Assembly: GCA_016203755.1 (NCBI GenBank) | Contig: JACQMD010000096.1 | Location: 1 to 33,219, forward strand | Direction of reading: 5' to 3' | Length of the DNA stretch: 33,219 nt | From: Candidatus Roizmanbacteria bacterium | GTDB taxonomy: Bacteria; Patescibacteriota; Microgenomatia; GCA-001788215; 2-01-FULL-40-14 | Shown: piece after piece, positions 26,683-33,219 of the stretch | Layout: every line of letters begins with the position of its first letter | Numbering within the stretch: the first letter of the stretch is position 1 | Notes under the pieces: model-generated | Databases searched by the model: none | Told to the model about the DNA's origin: nothing | Seen by the model: the letters and a program-made list of their open reading frames with translations, nothing else | Position numbers and translations under genes: made by a program

Positions 26683-27745
26683 AACGCGTTCTACATTATA
26701 AGAATGTATACGTAATCGTGTAACTTGTAACGTATAACGTGTACCATTGAAATAAGGTATACGTTTTACGTTACACGTTATAAGGTATGCGTTACACGAA
26801 AAAAGTGCAGGGGAGAACTCAACAAGTATAAGGTTTCCATTGATATGACAAGCTTAACTCCTAATTTACGATTGTTATATGGGAAAAATAGCGGGAAATT
26901 TTTTTCGGAGAAGTATTTACGATTGTTTTATTGAAATTTTTATAAGCATTGCAACAACAAAAACTATCATAATAAAAGAACATTAATTTCTCTTTTTTTT
27001 GACCACTCCTCCGCAGGTCCGCGAAGCAGTATGTCGTAAAAGTATGATTGTGCGTCATTACAAGTTTCCGTTCTCCTGCCGGGGATAAACAATTTTTACC
27101 CAACAGTCCCTTCCGAAAGAGAGTAAGTGTTTATGTTACACTCTCCTAATAGTTCGACAGATTTCTCCTTGCTTCTCTTCTTTCGAAATTCTGAAGAATA
27201 CGTGGAGTTGAAACGAAGAGAACATGGAGAGTATGCTCCCTGCCGCGATTCGCATAATGAATAATTTAGACCGTATGAATAGTATAATCATGCACTTTTG
27301 AGGCTGAATACTCATACTACTTCGGTATCGATTCCCGCTTCTGTTTTGAAGAAACTCTTGTAAGACTTAATTTAGACTATAAATACAAGCTATATTAATG
27401 ACTTCGAGGGTAAATTGTTGAAAAGATATCTGTGAGAGTACTGTAAGAGTTAGCACTTCCCTCTTGCATCTGACAGAAATTATCTATTTAGAGCGTAATA
27501 ACAAACTGTATAATAATTTTCGAGGCTAATTTTCAGTGAGCTGTTAAAACATTATTGTAGTCAAATAGAGGGAAACTGTATTCTCCCTCCTCTATGGTAA
27601 CGTTCTTTCGAAAATGTACCTTCAATACGCATAATAGATAGTATTTTATAAGAATCTATCGTGAAAAGTTATCCACGAGCTATATTATAGGTTATATATA
27701 ACTATAGGTTATATCTATATCAAACTACACCACTACCCTACCCGG
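26683..27745. other. ~1.06 kb region without a credible ORF, lying between convergent genes; contains repeats and hairpins (candidate ncRNA locus)
   Basis: The only track ORF here is the low-complexity 80-aa 26861-27103 (minus). All other intergenic gaps in the window are under 190 nt. Confidence 0.5.
26705..26798. repeat. imperfect palindrome made of (t)gtaacg/tatacg words
   Basis: Left arm: tgtatacgtaatcgtgtaacttgtaacgtataacgtgtacc. Loop: attgaaataa. Right arm: ggtatacgttttacgttacacgttataaggtatgcgttacacg. Of the innermost 15 positions I paired 13, plus one G-U wobble. Confidence 0.6.
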
Positions 27746-28549
27746 TCATTGATATTGCGTGGTGAGCAAAACGAGAATACTGACAACAACCAGTACCTTT
27801 ACATAATCGAGAATGGTATTCCGAAACAGACGTTTTGCGAAATAATGCTGGCCGACTCCAATGAGAGAATACGTAATAGTTGTAATAAATAAACTGCCCA
27901 TAATTGGTTTAACCGGCCAGAATGACATGCTAAACGATAGCTGTCCAACAATCAGCGAAAAGAAAAAGCTGTACAACACAACACGGGAATCTATCCGATC
28001 CTTCAATTCTACCGCCCACAGCGCCTGGATTATGAGCGGAAACACAATAATCCCGCTCAACAAACTATTAACGTAAGACGTTAACCGGAAGGATAATATT
28101 GTGTTGAGTAAAAAGAAATACGATGCAAGGGTTGCGAGAAACCCGACAGCGTGGGCTACCCGCAGCAATTGAATAGATCGCTCAGTTGCAATGTTGTAGA
28201 TATTCTCAACAAGCAGAATTGCGTACATGCCTATTCCATAAAACAGCGCGGTGGGCAGCCGGGTCAACCATCGTACTGGAAGCAGAAAGTAAAACAACCC
28301 GATTGACACGGTAAACATGGTAGGAACCAATAAAAGCGTGAACCATTTGACCCCTTTTAAATTTTCACGAAGTCCAATGGCACTGCCACCAAGTGCGGCA
28401 AACGTCAGTGCCAGAAGCAACCAATACCGCACATCGGCAGATACAATCTGGGTAGAGATTAAACCAAGGGTAAGAATGATGGTAATTGCGACAAATTCTT
28501 TTCTTTTCGAGAATCGAATCTGTCGAAAACGCTGAACAATCTTCTTCAT
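27746..28549 (-). CDS. polytopic membrane protein (267 aa), function unknown
   Basis: About 7-8 hydrophobic segments after a basic N-terminus (MKKIVQRFRQIRFSKRKE). It starts 12 nt downstream of the yebC stop, so it is probably co-transcribed. Confidence 0.65.
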   Translation of the reverse strand: MKKIVQRFRQIRFSKRKEFVAITIILTLGLISTQIVSADVRYWLLLALTFAALGGSAIGLRENLKGVKWFTLLLVPTMFTVSIGLFYFLLPVRWLTRLPTALFYGIGMYAILLVENIYNIATERSIQLLRVAHAVGFLATLASYFFLLNTILSFRLTSYVNSLLSGIIVFPLIIQALWAVELKDRIDSRVVLYSFFFSLIVGQLSFSMSFWPVKPIMGSLFITTITYSLIGVGQHYFAKRLFRNTILDYVKVLVVVSILVLLTTQYQ

Positions 28550-28561
28550 ACAACGGGTCCG

Positions 28562-29302
28562 CTAAACCTGTAACTCAAAGTTGGCAAAGACTTCCTGCAC
28601 ATCCTCTGTATTTTCAAGCTCTTCCATAAACGCAATGAGGTGATCTGCCTGCTTTTTATCGGTGACGGTAATGGCTGTTTGAGGTCTGAAAACAAGTGAA
28701 TGTCCGGAAAGAGCAAATCCTCCCTGCTCCAGTTTTTCCTTGACTGCATGTAATTGTTCCCGCTCCGTATAAATTTCGTACGCATCCTCCGCAATTTCCA
28801 TATCAATGGCGCCATATTCAACTGCCTTTTCAAGTACGCTGTCTTCGGTAATAGTTGGGGTTTTCTTGATGCTAATAAGTCCCTGATGCTGAAATAAAAA
28901 TGACACGCTTCCGGAACTGCCCAGATTTCCTCCTGAATGTTCAAACACGTGTTTCAATAGTGCACTGGTCCGTTGTTTATTATCAGTTGCTGTCTCAACA
29001 ATCACCGCAATACCTCCCGGTCCATATCCCTCGTATACGACATATTCTAAGGCGGAAGCCGTTTCCCCCTTCCCTGCAGCCCGATCAATCGCACGTTCTA
29101 TATTATCTCTGGGCATGTTGCTCGTTTTTGCTTTCTCGATGGCAAGGCGAAGTTTAAAATTGCTGGTACTATCGGTATTGCCGCCTGATTCCCGCACTGC
29201 AAGGGTAATTGCCCGTGCGAGTTTTGTAAACACTTGTCCCCGTTTTTGATCGAGAGACTCTTTTTGTCGCTTTATGGTGCTCCATTTACTATGTCCTGAC
29301 AT
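28562..29302 (-). CDS. yebC: YebC/PmpR-family DNA-binding transcriptional regulator
   Basis: 246 aa. MSGHSKWSTIKRQKESLDQKRGQVFTKLARAITLAVRESGGN...NFKLRLAIEKAKTSNMPRDNIERAI...YEGYGPGGIAVIVETATDN. Confidence 0.93.
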   Translation of the reverse strand: MSGHSKWSTIKRQKESLDQKRGQVFTKLARAITLAVRESGGNTDSTSNFKLRLAIEKAKTSNMPRDNIERAIDRAAGKGETASALEYVVYEGYGPGGIAVIVETATDNKQRTSALLKHVFEHSGGNLGSSGSVSFLFQHQGLISIKKTPTITEDSVLEKAVEYGAIDMEIAEDAYEIYTEREQLHAVKEKLEQGGFALSGHSLVFRPQTAITVTDKKQADHLIAFMEELENTEDVQEVFANFELQV

Positions 29303-29337
29303 ATACTCTGTATTATATCATTTTTGTTTTCGTCGGC

Positions 29338-29367
29338 TTGACAAATAGAAAGAAATCTCAGTATACT
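29338..29367 (+). promoter_or_regulatory. TTGACA-18-TATACT promoter; ATG 10 nt after the -10 (leaderless-type)
   Basis: ttgaca at 29338-29343, 18-nt spacer, tatact at 29362-29367, then gctccttact and the ATG at 29378. Confidence 0.5.
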
Positions 29368-29377
29368 GCTCCTTACT

Positions 29378-29968
29378 ATGTTGAGCTTGGAAGATCAAGC
29401 GATACAAGCAGCACTGAAGGGTCGCTGGGATGAGGCAGTACGACTCAACCAACAGCTACTTTCCATAACCTCTGCCGATACCACTGAAGTCCTCAACCGT
29501 CTCGCGTATGCGCAAGCAAAATGTGGAGGATTTCAGGACGCGTGCATCACCTACCAAATGGTGCTGCAAAAAGATCCATACAATCCAATAGCGCTTAAAA
29601 ACCTTGCAAAATACAAAGCGTATAAAAATGCTTCCGCCTCCCCCGCTTCGAGAGTATCGAAGGATAACGGGACACGGTGTCTTTCACCTGATATGTTTCT
29701 TGTTGATGCTCAAAAAGCAAAATCGGTAAATCTTATTAATCTTGCGCCCCGCGTAATCATCCAAAATATCTCAATCGGAGAACAGGTGTTTCCATACAGG
29801 CGCCGTTATGAATTACAAATAAAAAATAACAACGGGGTATATCTGGGAACCTTACCCGATGATATCGGGCGCAGTTTAATACAACTTCTGATGAACCAGG
29901 GAAACAACTGTGCGTTTTTTGTTAAAGATGTTGGCGAACGCCTGCTGACGATTTTTGTAAAATATTAA
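29378..29968 (+). CDS. TPR-repeat-containing hypothetical protein (196 aa)
   Basis: The N-terminal ~80 aa show TPR-like helices (GRWDEAVRLNQQLL..., LNRLAYAQAKCGGFQDACITYQMVLQKDPYNPIALKNLA). The C-terminal half is unrecognised. Confidence 0.55.
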   Translation: MLSLEDQAIQAALKGRWDEAVRLNQQLLSITSADTTEVLNRLAYAQAKCGGFQDACITYQMVLQKDPYNPIALKNLAKYKAYKNASASPASRVSKDNGTRCLSPDMFLVDAQKAKSVNLINLAPRVIIQNISIGEQVFPYRRRYELQIKNNNGVYLGTLPDDIGRSLIQLLMNQGNNCAFFVKDVGERLLTIFVKY

Positions 29969-29982
29969 ACGCATCTTGCAGT

Positions 29983-30834
29983 TCACTGTTGACTCCACGG
30001 TACGTCGGTCACAATAAGCTGTATTCCGAATCGTGCTTCAGTTGTTTGCTCTTTTTGCTCACAACGGGGAAACAAACTCACCAGACGAATAAAGGTTTTG
30101 CTGCGACTAAGAGATGGGTCAACACGCAACTCACAATTGCCGGATAACTGTTCTTCCCAATTATCAACCGCAACGACGCGTATACCCAGTCGCTCCAGAA
30201 GTCGACTCGTAACGGTTGCTAAACCAGCTGTTTCGCCCCCGTTATACACGCCTACAGAAATATCTTCAGCCGGGAGGGAAGATTCCCAAAACAGTTTCGG
30301 AAGAACAACATCAATTTTTCGAGGGTCCATTTTGTTAATTTCAACCCCGTCATTTCGTTTCTCGGTATCAAAAACCGGATAGTCTGCTATATCAATAGTA
30401 TCCTCTACCGGATGGTTCATCTTCGTAATCCAAAGAGTAACTAATCTATCCCAGAAAGGAAGTGTGGTTACTGTCGACTCAATAGGCACCCCCATGGTAG
30501 ACATAACCGAATTCAACAAAAGCTCTTCTCCTTTCTTCTCTACCGCAGACAGTGGACCAATATCTTTCAGTTTATAGAATCCGTATCCGCCGGGTACATC
30601 AAGATACACATCCTCCGGTAATTGAATTTTTTGTATATGTTGCCGGTCATACGCATACACGTTGAGAGTAAGTGTTGTACTATCAAGCACGTGGAATGAA
30701 CCTTCATACTTCCATAGACGGGCCTCATAGAACTTCCACATACGAACACTGAAACCGGCAAGCGCAATCAAACATACGATGATAACAACAGTAACTGTCC
30801 TCCCGATAGCAGATGAAGACTTGCGAGTTGCCAT
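29983..30834 (-). CDS. membrane-anchored protein with a C-terminal LytR_C (LytR/CpsA/Psr C-terminal) domain
   Basis: 283 aa. N-terminal TM: TVTVVIIVCLIALAGF. The C-terminal ISVGVYNGGETAGLATVTSRLLERLGIRVVAVDNWEEQLSGNCELRVDP matches the LytR_C pattern. Confidence 0.6.
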   Translation of the reverse strand: MATRKSSSAIGRTVTVVIIVCLIALAGFSVRMWKFYEARLWKYEGSFHVLDSTTLTLNVYAYDRQHIQKIQLPEDVYLDVPGGYGFYKLKDIGPLSAVEKKGEELLLNSVMSTMGVPIESTVTTLPFWDRLVTLWITKMNHPVEDTIDIADYPVFDTEKRNDGVEINKMDPRKIDVVLPKLFWESSLPAEDISVGVYNGGETAGLATVTSRLLERLGIRVVAVDNWEEQLSGNCELRVDPSLSRSKTFIRLVSLFPRCEQKEQTTEARFGIQLIVTDVPWSQQ

Positions 30835-30883
30835 ACTAATAGTATATATACATATAATAGCGCTTTTGGAGTGTCAAGTATAC

Positions 30884-31627
30884 TTACTGCACCTCAAGAG
30901 TTGAGAGCACCTGTTGGAGGTCTGGCGCAAGCTCACTCGTGATGGTTAGTAATGTACCGGTGGTGGGCTGATTGCATGTCAGATGTTCTGCATGCAAAAA
31001 CATTCGAGGGCAGAATTGACGGTCGAGCTGGTACTGTTTTCTTCCTCCATACAGATGATCGCTGACAATAGGATGATTGATGTATCGCAGATGGACACGA
31101 ATCTGATGGGTCCGACCGGTATGGGGTTTCACGGTAAGAAGCGTGAGTGGTTTGCCGGTTACCGGATTGCGGTATCCTTTTTTTGCTTCATAGAGCGTTT
31201 TTGCGTCCCGCCCTCCGGCAAATACGCCGAACTTTGTTCGTGCCCATGGCAACCTCCCCACCGGGGCATGGATTGTTCCGACCGGCGCATCCATACGGCC
31301 ATGGACAAGAGCTATATATTGTTTAGCTACGGTACGATCCTGAAACTGCTGTTTGAGCCGCTCAAATGCTGCTTCGTGTTTTGCAATCACCAGCACGCCG
31401 GAAGTATCTTTGTCAAGCCGATGCACGATCCCGTTTCGGCTGGCAAACTCTACTCGTATCGCCGGATCCCTTGGTCCTTGAGACCGCGAAGTTATGGCGG
31501 AAAGCCGTGATGCAGCCCAATCCTCAAGTGTAGGCGCCGTAACGGTTGATGCGCGATTCACTACCATTCCCGCAGGCTTATCAACCACGAGCATATCGGA
31601 ATCTTCATAAAGAATTGATGGTTCCAT
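30884..31627 (-). CDS. RluA/RluD-family 23S rRNA pseudouridine synthase (no S4 domain)
   Basis: 247 aa. Motifs seen: ILYEDSDMLVVDKPAGMVV, HRLDKDTSGVLVIAK (catalytic Asp), Y.ALVHG, GRTHQIRVHL. Confidence 0.9.
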   Translation of the reverse strand: MEPSILYEDSDMLVVDKPAGMVVNRASTVTAPTLEDWAASRLSAITSRSQGPRDPAIRVEFASRNGIVHRLDKDTSGVLVIAKHEAAFERLKQQFQDRTVAKQYIALVHGRMDAPVGTIHAPVGRLPWARTKFGVFAGGRDAKTLYEAKKGYRNPVTGKPLTLLTVKPHTGRTHQIRVHLRYINHPIVSDHLYGGRKQYQLDRQFCPRMFLHAEHLTCNQPTTGTLLTITSELAPDLQQVLSTLEVQ

Positions 31628-31999
31628 TCACCCCTGTTCCTTCTTCTGCTCACACGAAACACACACCGTTGCCGTGGGCATGATCGTCAAACGATCAGAG
31701 GGAATCTGTACTCCGCACTCTTCACAAATACCATATGTTCCTTCACCAATCCGTGAAATCGCATGGTCGATAGTTGCAATGCGCTCCGTCAGCTCGCGTT
31801 GAAGCGATTCGATACGTTCATGCGAACTCTGTTCAAACGCGTCAGTATCAGATGCAGCATTATCGGATACATGAGCAGGATCCTGCAACGGATCTTCTTT
31901 CGTCAGGTCGTTGAGGGCTTTCACTGCTTTTTTTTTATCTTTCGTAAGAGCAGCAATAATTGCACGTACAAGTTTTTTTTGATCCTTTATAGGAGACAT
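31628..31999 (-). CDS. DksA/TraR-family C4 zinc-finger protein
   Basis: 123 aa. YGICEECGVQIPSDRLTIMPTATVCVSCEQ (CxxC-17-CxxC). Its stop directly abuts the rlu ATG. Confidence 0.8.
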   Translation of the reverse strand: MSPIKDQKKLVRAIIAALTKDKKKAVKALNDLTKEDPLQDPAHVSDNAASDTDAFEQSSHERIESLQRELTERIATIDHAISRIGEGTYGICEECGVQIPSDRLTIMPTATVCVSCEQKKEQG

Positions 32000-32003
32000 A
32001 GTA

Positions 32004-32678
32004 TTATGACCTCTTCCTTTTTCTTATGATTAAACGGCTGAAAAATTTTGAGATACCTATCCTCTTTTTCCGAACCCATATAAACAGCAGTACTATGCTA
32101 AGCGTAATACTTCCCCATTGTTCATCTCCAAGTCTTCCGTAATATACATGAAATACGGTCAGAAAGTCAATAAAAAACATACTCAACGAAAAAAGCAGCA
32201 GCAGGATAAGTCCGCTCGTCCCGGGAGACAGACTGACCCGGCTTTTAAGTCTCCAGTACAAAATAATAAGAGATGCCAGAACAACTGTTTTATACCAGCC
32301 AATCGGATGATAGTTTGGCATGATGGTAGCGGTATATACTATGAGTGAGCCGGCAAGAAATGCCACGACGTACCGATCAAAAAGTTCCCAGAGCGGTATT
32401 TCTTTTTGTCTGCCCATCAACAATGCAAAGACAACACATGCAGCCGCAAGTCCACCGAATAGAGAAAAACCGGGAAAGAGGGTAAAAACTATCCACGAAA
32501 GAGGACGCAGACCGAACTCCTCAAAATGGGTCCCGATGTAGATCAATCGTGCACCAATGACTCCACCGAGAAACGTTACAATCGAAGTATCAAAAACAAC
32601 ACGTTCTGACCAGAGTTGTTCTTTCGCTTTTCTCCAAACAAGAAATAAACTTACAACATATGCAGCAACAATTAACAT
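32004..32678 (-). CDS. divergent Lgt-like (prolipoprotein diacylglyceryl transferase family) membrane protein
   Basis: 224 aa, collinear by eye with the E. coli Lgt core: FLGGVIGARLIYI vs FLGGRIGYVLFY; FPGFSLFGGLAA vs WDGGMSFHGGLIG. The GRLGNF and FRIIVEFFR motifs are not conserved. Confidence 0.45.
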   Translation of the reverse strand: MLIVAAYVVSLFLVWRKAKEQLWSERVVFDTSIVTFLGGVIGARLIYIGTHFEEFGLRPLSWIVFTLFPGFSLFGGLAAACVVFALLMGRQKEIPLWELFDRYVVAFLAGSLIVYTATIMPNYHPIGWYKTVVLASLIILYWRLKSRVSLSPGTSGLILLLLFSLSMFFIDFLTVFHVYYGRLGDEQWGSITLSIVLLFIWVRKKRIGISKFFSRLIIRKRKRS

Positions 32679-32689
32679 AGTTTCGATGG

Positions 32690-33219
32690 TTATCCACGGC
32701 TTACGTATACTCCTGTCCTGGTATCAATGATGACAGCATCGTGGTCCTTGACAAACATAGGAACTTTGACCCGGAGATTATTCTCAAGAAGTACTTCTTT
32801 GTAACTGCCTGATACCGTGTTACCACGCGCATCAGGAGGTGCTTCCTTTACCACATAGGCTACTTTAATCGGTAACTCAATAGCAATTGGCCGTTCTTCG
32901 TAAAACAGCACGTCGACTTGCATACCCTTCTTCAAAAATTTCCCTTTATCTCCAAGGGCACTATGGGGAAACTCAACCGGATCTTCAGATGCATCCTGTT
33001 CAAACACAAAATCTGTTGCATTTCGATAGCGGTACGTCACCCGTTGTTTATCAAGTTGTACATCCTCAACACGTTTTCCTGACACATAACTTTTAAATAA
33101 TGTTGCGCCGCTCAGTAGATTTTTGACGCGCAGCCGAATGGTAGCATTGCCGCGTCCCATTTTAACATGCTCGTAGGTAAGCACCTCATACGGCACTGCA
33201 TCTTCCTTGAAATATGTTC
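32690..33219 (-). CDS. efp: translation elongation factor P; 5' end runs off the window
   Basis: The frame stays open upstream of the listed GTG (33196) to the window edge (..TYFKEDAVPYEVLTYEHVKMGRGNATIRLRVKNLLSG...). This is the typical EF-P domain I loop and OB folds. Confidence 0.92.
   Translation of the reverse strand, partial: TYFKEDAVPYEVLTYEHVKMGRGNATIRLRVKNLLSGATLFKSYVSGKRVEDVQLDKQRVTYRYRNATDFVFEQDASEDPVEFPHSALGDKGKFLKKGMQVDVLFYEERPIAIELPIKVAYVVKEAPPDARGNTVSGSYKEVLLENNLRVKVPMFVKDHDAVIIDTRTGVYVSRG

Noticed and set aside
27014-27029. caggtccgcgaagcag, which resembles the SRP RNA helix-8 motif AGGUCCGGAAGGAAGCAG.
   Set aside because: The flanks do not form the required long hairpin; there is no downstream complement to ggtcc or ctcctcc at the right distance. 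The tetraloop closing pair would be C-A.
26861-27103. An 80-aa minus-strand ORF (contains DSFCCCNAYKNF) in the ORF-free region, considered as a small Cys-rich peptide or RiPP precursor.
   Set aside because: It has no plausible SD at correct spacing: a GGAGGAG lies about 22 nt from the internal ATG. Its composition is low-complexity and driven by AT-rich repeats, and there are no neighbouring maturation enzymes.
27151-27160. agttcgacag, which resembles the UUCGAC(G) motif near the tmRNA 5' end.
   Set aside because: There is no GGGG acceptor start, no T-arm GGUUCGAAUCC...CCA 3' end and no tag-peptide reading frame nearby on either strand.

Overview
The window looks like a chromosomal segment from a small-genome bacterium, possibly Patescibacteria/CPR-like. 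That assignment is inference only, from divergent housekeeping genes, many ORFans and compact spacing. Coding density is high. The recognisable backbone runs as follows: holB (3' part), a frame-disrupted secreted FG-GAP/dockerin protein, gyrB, ppa, gyrA, folD, a Phd/RelE TA pair, a Phd/PIN TA pair, nfeD plus an SPFH/stomatin gene, and a xerC-like recombinase with two small genes, one of them SUKH/SMI1. It continues with yebC, a TPR protein, a LytR_C protein, an RluA/D pseudouridine synthase, a DksA/TraR zinc finger, a divergent Lgt-like protein and efp (5' end off the window). I recognised no rRNA, tRNA, CRISPR array or transposase. Five things deserve a second look. (1) An ~11.6 kb block of seven ORFan-like genes (9013-20508) is bracketed by the two TA modules. 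It contains a ParB-like/coiled-coil protein with a degenerate arginine patch, a PrmA-like SAM methyltransferase, a tandem pair of paralogous large proteins, and several receiver-less OmpR-type winged-helix-like modules. (2) A ~1.06 kb ORF-free region (26683-27745) holds three spaced copies of a promoter-like box followed by a GAGG box, which are candidate small RNAs. (3) Long imperfect palindromes built from 7-9 nt tandem words fill several intergenic gaps, and two copies share identical 15-mers. (4) A xerC / 213-aa ORFan / SUKH operon is a candidate toxin-immunity cassette. (5) Several consensus-like promoters place the ATG 9-12 nt after the -10 box, which suggests leaderless mRNAs. All homology calls come from reading motifs by eye; no searches were run.
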